Shown piece by piece: positions 9,759 through 19,388 of a stretch of DNA of 64,000 nucleotides. Made by a program: the position numbers and the translations under genes. Below the pieces are notes generated by a model. That model worked only from the letters and a program-made list of their open reading frames with translations. It did not search any database and was not told the DNA's origin. Source of the stretch: an uncultured Gammaproteobacteria bacterium (lineage in GTDB: Bacteria > Patescibacteriota > Microgenomatia > Daviesbacterales > UBA10151); NCBI GenBank assembly GCA_964390595.1, contig CAYMIA010000005.1, forward strand, positions 3,586 to 67,585, in the 5' to 3' direction. Each line of letters opens with the position of its first letter. The stretch's first letter is position 1.

Positions 9759-10888
9759 TTTAAAATTCTCACCACTCCCCTTTTGGCATCAACTTCAATT
9801 AGATCACCATTTTTTAAAATTTGAGTAGCATTTTTAGTTCCGACAATGCAGGGGATTTTCATTTCTCTGGAGACAATTGCAGCGTGAGATAATACCCCAC
9901 CTAGATCGGTAATAATTGCTTTGGCCTGTTTCATTAAAGGGATAAAATTTGGAGTAGTCATATCGGTGACTAGAATTGAGTTTTTATTTAACTGAGTACC
10001 ATTTAATTCTTGGCTTAGAATGATTTGGACTGTCCCGGTAGCCTCTCCTGGAGATCCAATTTGACCTTTGACTACTTCCCTATCTGTTTGGCTGTGAGTA
10101 GGAGGGATGGAGAAATCTTGATAGAGATCGCCCAAGGTGCGGTTATAATCAGTAAACCAAAGTCCATATTCTTCGGTAGTCACCGCTTCGAAATAACCGT
10201 TCAAATAATAGTTAGTGAATTTAGCGTTGAGCTTTTCAATTAAAGTAGTTCTTTGATGAATATCTAAAACATGGAGAGTTTGGAGAATTTCCAGCAAAAC
10301 TTTTTTAGGATCTTCAGGTAGATCTTTCGGCCAAGTTTGGTAATCATAAAAAAAGGTTTCTGGTTTACCTTCATCGTGAAAGCCGTGAGTTAATTGGTGA
10401 TGGCGCCCTTGAATAATTTCGCCATAAATACCTCGAGGAGCGATGACAAAGATAGTGGAATAAATTGTGTTGTCAGAATGAGGAACAAAATAGGCTTTGT
10501 AGTTTTTAGGGTCAATTGATTGCTCATAAAACCAAACCATCGCTTTTTCAACTGTGTGTCCCCTCATCCGGAGCTTGGGGAGTTTTGGATCAAGTGGGAC
10601 TAGGCGGAGAGCACAGAGGTCTTGGTTGTGGTCTTTATAAAATTCTTGAAAAACTGGGGTGTTTTCCACTAGGTCTATGGCTAGCATTTGGGTAGGTTTG
10701 TCATAGGGGAGATTAATAACTTTATTTAAAAACTCCAAGCGTTCTGGTTTTTGGTTATCTTCAAGACGAAGAGCTTCAGTATCTTTGTGCCCAGCTGCTT
10801 CAAACCATTCAGTTAAAGAGATTTGAGTTTTTAACAATTCAGTGATGTCAGCTTTTTGAGACATAAGGAGATGACTCTTGTTTACCAC
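9755..10888 (-). CDS. PEP-utilizing enzyme phosphohistidine (mobile) domain fused to an uncharacterised N-terminal domain
   Basis: C-terminal MTTP...GGVLSHAAIVSRE..PCIVG. Confidence 0.8.
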   Translation of the reverse strand: MVNKSHLLMSQKADITELLKTQISLTEWFEAAGHKDTEALRLEDNQKPERLEFLNKVINLPYDKPTQMLAIDLVENTPVFQEFYKDHNQDLCALRLVPLDPKLPKLRMRGHTVEKAMVWFYEQSIDPKNYKAYFVPHSDNTIYSTIFVIAPRGIYGEIIQGRHHQLTHGFHDEGKPETFFYDYQTWPKDLPEDPKKVLLEILQTLHVLDIHQRTTLIEKLNAKFTNYYLNGYFEAVTTEEYGLWFTDYNRTLGDLYQDFSIPPTHSQTDREVVKGQIGSPGEATGTVQIILSQELNGTQLNKNSILVTDMTTPNFIPLMKQAKAIITDLGGVLSHAAIVSREMKIPCIVGTKNATQILKNGDLIEVDAKRGVVRILN

Positions 10889-10977
10889 AAAGAAAGGGGA
10901 ATTGTATAGAGTGTGTTTGACAAATTGGTTGGTTAAGATGAGTTGTTTTTAAAATTCTAAAAAGGTACCATCAATTA

Positions 10978-11319
10978 GTGGATACAACTAATAATATTAT
11001 AAAGAAAATCCTGTTAATTACGGCGAGTGAAATTATTCTGCTATTGTTGATTGCGTCATTTTTCTATTTCAATCTTTCCACAACTAAGAGCAGTCCTACA
11101 GATAATAATTTGGGAGCGGTTTTAGCTCTCTTGTTCTTTGGTCGTGTTGCATCTTATGCAGTATTTTTATTCGGACTTATTGTAGCTTACCTGTGGATTA
11201 GAAATTCAGTTGGTAAAAGATTATTTTATTGCTTAGTAACTTTGCTAGTTAGTTTAGTGATTAATTTTTTTGTTTACCCTGTGATAAGTTTTGTAATTGG
11301 TCTGATTATAGGTGCCTAG
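10978..11319 (+). CDS. Hypothetical membrane protein
   Basis: Several hydrophobic segments; fills intergenic gap. Confidence 0.65.
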   Translation: MDTTNNIIKKILLITASEIILLLLIASFFYFNLSTTKSSPTDNNLGAVLALLFFGRVASYAVFLFGLIVAYLWIRNSVGKRLFYCLVTLLVSLVINFFVYPVISFVIGLIIGA

Positions 11320-11350
11320 AATTAAATCTTTTCTAGCATTGCTTGGTTGG

Positions 11351-12769
11351 CTATGAGATTCTTGGAAAGAGGGGAGAGCTGGATTTTATTTCTCCAGAGA
11401 ACTGTTTTAAGATTTTGGCTGATGTTTCAGGGAGAAAGGGTTGCAAGTTAAAGGCCACTATTTGGATGACTTTTACCAGATCAGTTAAAACTTCTTTAGC
11501 CCTCTCCCCTTCTAATTCCCAGGGTTTATCCCGGTTTACTTTTTGATCGGCTTCGGTAATAGTTGTCCAGATCCACTTTAAGGCTTCACTAAATTTGAAT
11601 TCTTGGAGATTCTTTTCAATGATCTCTTCAAAAACTTTTGGTGGTTCGGGGGCGGTTAAGTGATGATTTTCCGCAAGGCGAGCGACTCTGGCTACTAAAT
11701 TACCTAGGCCGTTAGCCAAATCAGCATTGTAGACTTCCTCAAATCTTTCTGGATCAAAATCGCCGTCGCCATTTATAGGGATTTGCGAGAGCATGTAATA
11801 TCTAATGGGTTCGAGTCCATACTTTTCAATGACCTCCTTTGGTTCTGGGGCATTGCCTAAAGATTTAGAAAATTTTTCGCCACCTTTAGCGTTAACAAAA
11901 CCGTGAATTAAAATCTGCTTGGGTAGAGAGATTCCAGCTGACAGAAGCATCGCTGGCCAATAGACTGTGTGAAACCGGTTAATATCCTTGCCAATAACAT
12001 GAAGATCAGCTGGCCACCACTTACTCCACTTCTCCTCGTTCCACCCAAAACCAATTCCAGTCATATAAATATTTAAGGCGTCAAACCAAACATAGATCTT
12101 TTGGGTATCATCTTCTGGAACAGGGACCCCCACTCCCCTGGCCCGTTCATTAGACCTGGAAATACTGAAATCTTCTAGCCCGGATTTGATGAAAGAGAGA
12201 GCCTCGGCTCTTTTGTTTTCGGGAGTGATTTTAAAATCTTCATTCTCGATTAATTTAATAAGTTGTGCTTGATACTTAGAAAGTTTAAAAAAATAGTTTT
12301 CTTCTTGAATTCGGTCGGGCTTTTTTTGATGGATAGGACAAAGACCATTGACTAACTCAGCCTCTGTCTTAAAAGATTCGCAGCCAACACAATACCAGCC
12401 TTCGTAGGACTTTTTATAAATATCGCCATTTTCTTGACAGAGCTTCCAGAGCTTTTGGACACCGGGCCAATGTTTTTCTTGATCAGAACCTCTTTGAAAA
12501 ACGTCAAGATGGACGCCAACTAGCTCATAGGTATCTTTCCAGATTTGGGAATATTTATCTAAGTAGTCTTGAACTTCTAAGCCCTCTTTTTCAGCTGCTT
12601 GAACGTTCTTTAAAGCATTCTCGTCCGCGCCAGAGAGCAGGAGAGTCTCATCCCCTATTAAGTCGTGATACCGTTTGATAGTATCAGCTTGGAAGTATTC
12701 TAATGTATGCCCAATATGCGCCTTGCCGTTAACATAAGGGATGGCTGTGGTTAGGTAATATTTAGACAT
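11351..12769 (-). CDS. metG: Methionine--tRNA ligase (short form)
   Basis: HIGH, CxxC..CxxH knuckle, YVWFDAL, IGKDI, KFSKS. Confidence 0.97.
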   Translation of the reverse strand: MSKYYLTTAIPYVNGKAHIGHTLEYFQADTIKRYHDLIGDETLLLSGADENALKNVQAAEKEGLEVQDYLDKYSQIWKDTYELVGVHLDVFQRGSDQEKHWPGVQKLWKLCQENGDIYKKSYEGWYCVGCESFKTEAELVNGLCPIHQKKPDRIQEENYFFKLSKYQAQLIKLIENEDFKITPENKRAEALSFIKSGLEDFSISRSNERARGVGVPVPEDDTQKIYVWFDALNIYMTGIGFGWNEEKWSKWWPADLHVIGKDINRFHTVYWPAMLLSAGISLPKQILIHGFVNAKGGEKFSKSLGNAPEPKEVIEKYGLEPIRYYMLSQIPINGDGDFDPERFEEVYNADLANGLGNLVARVARLAENHHLTAPEPPKVFEEIIEKNLQEFKFSEALKWIWTTITEADQKVNRDKPWELEGERAKEVLTDLVKVIQIVAFNLQPFLPETSAKILKQFSGEIKSSSPLFPRIS

Positions 12770-13154
12770 TTTTGACCTTTCTGAATTCGCCGCTTCGACG
12801 GTTAGGCATAAGTTTATTGATTTGGCGTTTGATTGTCAAACCACGGTTGGGGAGAAAGCGGTAGAGTAGGATGGTTAAGATGACTACAAAAAAGATGGTT
12901 ACAATATTTAATTTGTCTAAAGACTGAAGAGTGGTGATGAACATCAGCCCTAGTCCAAAGGCGAAACTTCTCATGATATGGTTCAGGAGTAGGTTAATAA
13001 TGCCTGTGAAAAGTAAAAGTAAAGGGATAAAGAGGCTGAGGATTTGAGTTATAGAAGCGGTTTCCCAAGTTTTGGGTGGGGGAGTGAAAAAAATAATGCA
13101 GCTTAAAATTCCAGCAAATAGAACGACAAAAAGCAGTCTGGTTAGAAATGACAT
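12762..13154 (-). CDS. Four-TM membrane protein
   Basis: Hydrophobic; overlaps metG start. Confidence 0.7.
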   Translation of the reverse strand: MSFLTRLLFVVLFAGILSCIIFFTPPPKTWETASITQILSLFIPLLLLFTGIINLLLNHIMRSFAFGLGLMFITTLQSLDKLNIVTIFFVVILTILLYRFLPNRGLTIKRQINKLMPNRRSGEFRKVKNV

Positions 13155-13213
13155 ATATAATATTGTAGCTTAATGTGGACAAGCCAGCCAGCTTGATTTA
13201 TAATTCCAAAACT

Positions 13214-13711
13214 ATGAGTTTGAGTCCGGATAGAATTATTGAGTTAGATAAGCAGTATCAGGGGTTGAGTACTCCTTTGGGTAGGATGGGAAATTTGTTT
13301 GAGAGATTGGAGCCAGCAGGTGAGGTTAATGGTTTAGAAACAAGGCGGAAGTTTCTAGAAAAACTAAAAGGTCAGTATGGGGAGATAGTAATTAGAAGGG
13401 ACTCTGCGGATTGGGGCAAAGGTTCTGACCTAGCTTATGATGTAGGTTTAGCTGGCTTGCAGCTAACTTTTGCCAGAAGGTATTTTATGATAACTCTACA
13501 TCAAGGGTTAGAGTTGAGGGTGGGAGATCAAAGTATAGGTGTTTTAAACTTAGATCCGGCTGATGGATTGCACATAAGCTTACCAGTTGCTTATAACCGA
13601 ACCTCAGAATCTAAAAAGATAATAATAGACCGAGCCCTTAACTGGGTTAAATCAACAATTGATTATGGAATTGTAGTTGTTCCGCCGTTCAATTTCAGAC
13701 TTAACTATTAA
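13214..13711 (+). CDS. Hypothetical protein
   Basis: ORF with TATAAT (13199-13204) just upstream of ATG 13214. Confidence 0.6.
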   Translation: MSLSPDRIIELDKQYQGLSTPLGRMGNLFERLEPAGEVNGLETRRKFLEKLKGQYGEIVIRRDSADWGKGSDLAYDVGLAGLQLTFARRYFMITLHQGLELRVGDQSIGVLNLDPADGLHISLPVAYNRTSESKKIIIDRALNWVKSTIDYGIVVVPPFNFRLNY

Positions 13712-15932
13712 TAACTTCAAAGGTGGAGCCGGAGGCGTTTTTGGAGACTTCAATGCGGGTGGGGAATTCAGCTTTTAGTTCTTCAATATGAGTAATGACT
13801 ACTATCTTTTCAAAATCTGCTTTAATGGTGTCTAGAACTTCGACTAATCTGGCGCGGCCAGGAGCATCTTGAGTGCCAAAGCCTTCATCGATGACTAAGA
13901 ATTGCAATTTTGCTCCAGCACGGTGAGCAAGTAGCTTGGAGATAGCTAGTCTGATTGCAAAATTAACCCGGAAAGTTTCTCCGCCAGAGTAGAGTTCATA
14001 TGCCCGCTCCCCCATTTCATCAGAGATAACGATATCTAGAGTTTCGACTGTGGCGTGTTCTTTTTTTCCATCGAGTCCAGCCACTTTAGTTTTGGTTTCT
14101 TTTTGAGTATCTAATCTAATCTTCATCCGACCTTCGGTTAACTTATCAAGCAGGTTGTTAGACTCCTCTTCGATTTCGGGGATGGCGTTTTCGATGATCA
14201 TCGCTTGAATGCCTTTTTTGCCAAAAGCGAGGGAGAGTTCCTCATAAATTTCTTTCTCTTTAGTTAATTTAGATTTTTCTGCATGTTTGGTTTTGAATAA
14301 TTCTTCTAATTGTTTGGTGCGGGAGACTAGTTGATTGGCTTCTCCGTACTTTGAGCGAAGCTCCATAACTTTTTCTTGGAGTTCTTCATGAATTTGATTT
14401 TGAGCTTTTAATTGTTGTTCAATTTCAGATAATTTGGATAAGAAGATATTGAGTTGTTCCTCAAAATCGGCGGCTTTTTCTAATTCTTTTTGTTTAGACT
14501 CATAAATTTTTTCTAGATCGGTGACCGCTTCTGTGTGAGTTTTAACAGCGATTTCAGCTTGACTTAGTTTTAAATAGAGGTCTTTGTAGTGGTCTAGAGA
14601 GATTAGTTCTGTGGAGATAGTGGAGTAATCTTTGGTGGCCTCCTCTAAAATTTTAACCTCCGCTCCCTTTTTCTCAGCCTGAGCGATTTCTGGAAGGATG
14701 ATAGACTGGTATTTTTTAAGGGTAGTTTCTAGGGTTGTTAACTCCTGTTGGTTTCTAGCGATGAGGGATGAATTATGAGTAATGAGTTCCTTATTTTTAC
14801 CCTCGCCAATAGGTTGGTTGCAAGTAGGGCAGATGGTTTTTTGATTTTTCAGTTGATCGATCTGATGCTTGTGGGTTTCACTTTCTGTAGTTAGAGCTTT
14901 AATTTTCAATTCAACTTCAGAGATAGCGTCTTTGCGTTTGTTTTCTCTGTCGCTGATAATTTTTTCGATCTGAACTAATTCATCTTTAGCTTTTATCAAA
15001 TCAGAGCGCTTTTGTTCTAATTGTTGTTTTTGAGTTTGGAGTAGTTCAATTTTTTCGTAGTTGGTTTCAATTTCAGTTTTCTGATCAAGGATCTGCTGAA
15101 AATCCAGTTGGGCTTGTTTTTTAAGATCAATCTGGGACTTTAGGGAGGTGAGTTCATCTTTGATATTTTGATAGCGCTCTTTTTGTGCCTCTAGACTTTG
15201 GACTTTGGTGTGAATAATTTGTTTTTCATCCTCTATGGTTTTAATTAACTTTTCCAGATCTTTGAGCTGCTCTCCAGCTTCTTCGCCTTGCTTCCTAATC
15301 TCTGAAAGGTTTTTTTCGCGTTCTTCTTTTTGAGAGAGCTCAGCTTCAATTTCTAAGACTTGGTATTCTAATAGTTGCAGTTTAGTTTGAAGATCTTTGG
15401 CCTGGTCTTTAGCTTTTTCTTCTAGTTTATCATAGTGATCCAGACCTAAAATGTCTGCCAAAATTCTTTTCCGGTCAGTTGGACCTTTAGTAGTAAATTC
15501 ATCAGCATGACCTTGGCGGATAAAAGAGGAGTTGGTAAAAGTTTCATAGGTTAGGTGGAGGGTATCAATTATTTTTTGTTGAGTAGCTTTGATGGTGCCT
15601 TCAGTTAAGTTGTGAGAGTTTGACCAAACTTCTAGGGCGGTATTGCCGCCGCCCTTTTTAGTGCGGGCTCTTTTGATGGTGTATTCATGGCCATCTAAAT
15701 CAAAAGAAAATTCCACAAACATTTTTTCGCTACCTAGTCTAATTAACCCATCTGCTGAATCTCCAGCGCGTGAGGCGCCCCAAACACACCAAGTGATGGC
15801 ATCAAGAAGTGAAGACTTGCCTGCACCGTTGTGTCCAGAGATGGCCGCCATATGAAAGCTGGTAAAATCCAACTCTGGTACGTTCTCACCATAGCTAGTG
15901 AAGTTTTGTAGTTTTAATTTAAGGGGGATCAT
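13701..15932 (-). CDS. sbcC: SbcC/Rad50 SMC-family ATPase
   Basis: GHNGAGKSS, Q-loop, CPTC zinc hook, SGGE, IDEGFG, ITH. Confidence 0.95.
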   Translation of the reverse strand: MIPLKLKLQNFTSYGENVPELDFTSFHMAAISGHNGAGKSSLLDAITWCVWGASRAGDSADGLIRLGSEKMFVEFSFDLDGHEYTIKRARTKKGGGNTALEVWSNSHNLTEGTIKATQQKIIDTLHLTYETFTNSSFIRQGHADEFTTKGPTDRKRILADILGLDHYDKLEEKAKDQAKDLQTKLQLLEYQVLEIEAELSQKEEREKNLSEIRKQGEEAGEQLKDLEKLIKTIEDEKQIIHTKVQSLEAQKERYQNIKDELTSLKSQIDLKKQAQLDFQQILDQKTEIETNYEKIELLQTQKQQLEQKRSDLIKAKDELVQIEKIISDRENKRKDAISEVELKIKALTTESETHKHQIDQLKNQKTICPTCNQPIGEGKNKELITHNSSLIARNQQELTTLETTLKKYQSIILPEIAQAEKKGAEVKILEEATKDYSTISTELISLDHYKDLYLKLSQAEIAVKTHTEAVTDLEKIYESKQKELEKAADFEEQLNIFLSKLSEIEQQLKAQNQIHEELQEKVMELRSKYGEANQLVSRTKQLEELFKTKHAEKSKLTKEKEIYEELSLAFGKKGIQAMIIENAIPEIEEESNNLLDKLTEGRMKIRLDTQKETKTKVAGLDGKKEHATVETLDIVISDEMGERAYELYSGGETFRVNFAIRLAISKLLAHRAGAKLQFLVIDEGFGTQDAPGRARLVEVLDTIKADFEKIVVITHIEELKAEFPTRIEVSKNASGSTFEVINS

Positions 15933-15935
15933 AGA

Positions 15936-16517
15936 TTATTCAATGATGATGTTGAAACTTTTTAAAAGCGAGAGAGCTTCTGGAACTGAAAATTTAGCCT
16001 TTTTGATTTTACTGGCATTAACATCAATAAAATAGTTTTTGGCTTGCCTAAAATCAGCCTCAGTTAGATTAGTTTTAAAAAACTTGCTGTTTTCTAAATC
16101 GGTGTTGGTAAAAATACTTTTGTTTAAATCAGCTTCTGTAAAATCAACTTCTTTGGCCTCACAATCAGTGATTTTAGTTTGGGGTATTTTAAGCCCGGTA
16201 AAGTTAGAATAATTGATTTGAGAATGATTAAATTCTAAATCATGCAAATTAGAAGCTTTGGTCCAGTCAAATCCAACCACTTTACAATTTACAAATTTAA
16301 TCTCTCCAAAGTTACAATTTATTGGATCGATGGCACTTAAAACACAGTTATTAAAGGTGCAGTTAATAAATTTGCACTTAATGAACTTGCATTTAATAAA
16401 ACTACAATTTTCAAATTGACAATCCTCAAATTCAATTTCTTCAATGACTCCTTCAGAGATAGAAAGAGAGGAAATTTTTTCTTGATAATAAGTTTTTTTA
16501 AGTAAATTATTTGTCAT
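15936..16517 (-). CDS. Pentapeptide repeat protein
   Basis: Tandem F/L-x-x-C/A-x pentapeptides. Confidence 0.9.
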   Translation of the reverse strand: MTNNLLKKTYYQEKISSLSISEGVIEEIEFEDCQFENCSFIKCKFIKCKFINCTFNNCVLSAIDPINCNFGEIKFVNCKVVGFDWTKASNLHDLEFNHSQINYSNFTGLKIPQTKITDCEAKEVDFTEADLNKSIFTNTDLENSKFFKTNLTEADFRQAKNYFIDVNASKIKKAKFSVPEALSLLKSFNIIIE

Positions 16518-16908
16518 TGGCTAAAAATTTCTGTAAAGATTTGGTGATAACCTGCATGTCTGCTAATTCATGCTGGGTTAGTTTGTCGATGTCTTCCCAA
16601 TAAAGATGGTGTTGGTTGTCTAATACTTTTTCAGGGATTGAACCTTCCCATTTAGTTATTAAAAAAGGGAAGAGTGTTTTACCGTCTTTACTTGTATGGC
16701 CTTCTAATAGGAATTGAGAGAAGGTAGTTGGCTTAACTCCTAGCTCTTCTTGAGATTCTCTCATTAAGGTTTGAAGAGGAGTTTCTCCATCCTCCATAGT
16801 GCCTGATGTAAAAGTGGGTAAAGGACTATAGGGATCATTCTCGCTCTTTTTTTCCAAGAGGGCTTGGTTATTTTGGACAAAAATCATGACTACTGATGGC
16901 TTTTTCAT
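16507..16908 (-). CDS. NUDIX hydrolase
   Basis: GTMEDGE...RESQEELG Nudix box. Confidence 0.85.
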   Translation of the reverse strand: MKKPSVVMIFVQNNQALLEKKSENDPYSPLPTFTSGTMEDGETPLQTLMRESQEELGVKPTTFSQFLLEGHTSKDGKTLFPFLITKWEGSIPEKVLDNQHHLYWEDIDKLTQHELADMQVITKSLQKFLANDK

Positions 16909-16998
16909 TATTAGTACTTGAGTTTATCATACCAAAGAAAAAGCGAATAGAGGTTGAAAAAGTGTGGTATTATGTGAGCCTTAAGCTGCCTAAAGCTT

Positions 16999-17196
16999 AT
17001 GAAGTTTTATAAGTTAAATAGATCGCAGATTGAAAAATTGTCGGATATTTCATCGGATGTTGGGTTAGTGGCAATAGCGTCTGTTTCTATCCCTTCTTTG
17101 TTTGACAAGTTCAGTCTAGTTTTAGTACTATTTGGAATAGTAACAGCCCTCAGTTTTTGGATATTTAGTTTAATGCTTAGGAGAAAATTAAAATGA
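16999..17196 (+). CDS. Small two-TM membrane protein
   Basis: 65 aa; extended -10 TGgTATTAT upstream. Confidence 0.65.
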   Translation: MKFYKLNRSQIEKLSDISSDVGLVAIASVSIPSLFDKFSLVLVLFGIVTALSFWIFSLMLRRKLK

Positions 17197-17291
17197 CAGA
17201 TGGTTTATTAATGTTTTTAATTTTAGCAATTTTGTTACTAGCTTTAGTGCTGGTAGCACTTCCTACTTTGTGGGATAGAAAAAAGAAATGA
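17193..17291 (+). CDS. 32-aa single-TM peptide (not in ORF track)
   Basis: MTDGLLMFLILAILLLALVLVALPTLWDRKKK; ATGA overlap with upstream stop; GGAG upstream. Confidence 0.6.
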   Translation: MTDGLLMFLILAILLLALVLVALPTLWDRKKK

Positions 17292-17319
17292 GCCAGGTGA
17301 TGTCTTTCAAAGAAAAGGA

Positions 17320-17706
17320 TTAGAAAGATTTGATTGCTTCGAGAAGCTTGTCTACACCGTCAATACTTCTTTCAACTAAGATGTCCCCATATAATACTCT
17401 TTCGTCTGAAGAGAAGGCGATAATCCTGATGTTGGGATCCTGTTGTCTTAAAGCTGTGGTTACTCTGCTACCATCGAGGAGTCTGTGATCTTCAAAGATT
17501 CTCGTGGTTGAACTAGGTTCAAGGATATCAGCTAAGATTGCAACTTGGACCCCTAGGGCTTTGGCTAATTTTGTACCCTCCATTGCAGTATCCAGGTCGC
17601 CAGCTTCATAGACAACGCTGTGACCAGCTTCAGTAAAAAATTTACGTAATTGTCTTCGGAGAGTTTCATTCTCTTCAGTCAGAAACAGTTTAGCCTCTTC
17701 AACCAT
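17320..17706 (-). CDS. Degenerate stand-alone receiver (CheY-like) domain protein
   Basis: LFLTEEN, VAILAD, DGS, IIAFSS pattern; TTGACA/TATTAT promoter before ATG 17706. Confidence 0.6.
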   Translation of the reverse strand: MVEEAKLFLTEENETLRRQLRKFFTEAGHSVVYEAGDLDTAMEGTKLAKALGVQVAILADILEPSSTTRIFEDHRLLDGSRVTTALRQQDPNIRIIAFSSDERVLYGDILVERSIDGVDKLLEAIKSF

Positions 17707-17740
17707 ATTAAGGGAATAATATTCTTGTCCTATAGATTTG

Positions 17741-18940
17741 TCAATAGTAATCGGTTTTTTGGGAGGAGTCACTGTCTAATAATTTAGCTGCATAAGATTC
17801 GAGTTCTTTTTGTTTTTCAGGGGTGAATTTTTTGGAAGTGAAATAAGTTTTTAAAGCTTCGATTGGGGTTAGACGCTCGACTGTTTCTGCGCCTTCAACT
17901 CTCTCCCGGTGGATTCTTTCGATGTTTCTAGAGATGCCGGCGAGAAGATGAGCATCTGATAGAGATTTTTTGATCTTATCCATCTCAATTTCGCCTTCGC
18001 AGGCAGCAGGGATATTAATGGTAACCCGGACAATTTTTTCTTTGACATCGTGTTTTTTTATTTCACCTAAAATAATTTGAGTGAGGTCTTTATCAGCTGC
18101 TTTTAGATTAATAGTGATGGTGAGAAATTCGCGGCAATTGGTGGAGAGGAATTGATAGGAGGACTTTGGGGAGTGAGGAAGGTTAGGGGAGTTGGGGAGT
18201 TCTACTAAAATTAGGCCTTTGTCTTCTTTTTCTTCGCCAAAGTCGATGCGGTGAGGGGAGCCAGCGTAAACTACAAGTGGGTCAGTTGATAAGACTTGGT
18301 GTTTGTGGATATGGCCTAGGGCGACATAGTTTAAGCGGCGGTCTTGTAAAAGTGACAGGGGAATGGTGACGTCATTGGCGATTGCTAATCCTTTTTCGCT
18401 TCCGTATTCAGCGCCTTCAACTTCGCAGTGTGACAAAAGAATAGCAGGGGAGTCAGGTTTAATTTTTTCATATAAAAGATTGAGCCTCTCCCCTACTACT
18501 TTGTAATCATTTTTGTGGAGCCAAGGGAGAGTAATAATTTGTAGATTACCAGATTTAGTATCAATATTTAAAAATTCAATATCACGGCTGACCCAAACAT
18601 TTTCAATTTCTAGCGCTGAATAAATATCCAAAGTGTTGGCGCGGCCCTCAGCATTGGGGGTGTCATGGTTGCCGACAACTAAAATAACAGGAATGTTGCT
18701 TTTGGCAAGACGTTTAATTCTTTCTCCAAAACCTCTTTGCTGAGTTGGGTTAGGGTCACGGGTTTTATAAGCATCTCCTGCAAAAACAACTGCATCCACT
18801 CCCCTTTCAATGGCAGTATCAACTATAAAATCAAAGGTGTTTAAAAAATCAGTTAGTCTGGAAGAAAGTCCAGTTTTGGGATCCAACTTAGAATAGTTCT
18901 CCATCCCGATATGAATATCTGAAAAATGCAGCAGTTTCAT
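17741..18940 (-). CDS. sbcD: SbcD/Mre11 metallophosphoesterase nuclease
   Basis: SDIH, AGD, GNHD, LGHIH, DFGE. Confidence 0.95.
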   Translation of the reverse strand: MKLLHFSDIHIGMENYSKLDPKTGLSSRLTDFLNTFDFIVDTAIERGVDAVVFAGDAYKTRDPNPTQQRGFGERIKRLAKSNIPVILVVGNHDTPNAEGRANTLDIYSALEIENVWVSRDIEFLNIDTKSGNLQIITLPWLHKNDYKVVGERLNLLYEKIKPDSPAILLSHCEVEGAEYGSEKGLAIANDVTIPLSLLQDRRLNYVALGHIHKHQVLSTDPLVVYAGSPHRIDFGEEKEDKGLILVELPNSPNLPHSPKSSYQFLSTNCREFLTITINLKAADKDLTQIILGEIKKHDVKEKIVRVTINIPAACEGEIEMDKIKKSLSDAHLLAGISRNIERIHRERVEGAETVERLTPIEALKTYFTSKKFTPEKQKELESYAAKLLDSDSSQKTDYY

Positions 18941-19019
18941 TGCAACCCTGAGTCTAACACATCTAGAAATAAGCGAACAGGTATTGACAGAGTGGGTTTG
19001 TGGGTTATATTTATAGTTA

Positions 19020-19388
19020 ATGGTTGGCGATCGGTCATATGAATTTTATCATGATAAAGCCTGGGAACTCATAATGGGGGCAAAAAAAGATAACGATTTA
19101 GGAGATTTAATTTCTGCTCAACGTTCTTATGCTTTGGCAGGTCAGGTGGAGGAGATAGGTTTTAGTTTTTTACCTCCTGAAGATGAAGCCAGACGAATTG
19201 CTGCCGGAAAAAACATTATTGCTCTTTATGCCAGAGGAGGAAATTTTTTAAGATTAATATCGGTATATCATGGGCTTTTATCCGGACTTAATTGGTCTGA
19301 TGAACAAAGATCAGAGATGGAAGAGATACTTAGGTGGGTTTATCAGGGAATTGATAATTCGACAGTTGCTTTAGTGTTAAGAAGTTGA
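19020..19388 (+). CDS. Hypothetical helical protein
   Basis: ORF preceded by TTGACA and TATATT boxes. Confidence 0.6.
   Translation: MVGDRSYEFYHDKAWELIMGAKKDNDLGDLISAQRSYALAGQVEEIGFSFLPPEDEARRIAAGKNIIALYARGGNFLRLISVYHGLLSGLNWSDEQRSEMEEILRWVYQGIDNSTVALVLRS

Noticed and set aside
11850-11880. KFSKS instead of KMSKS in MetG
   Set aside because: Known natural variant in MetRS enzymes; the catalytic Lys is kept
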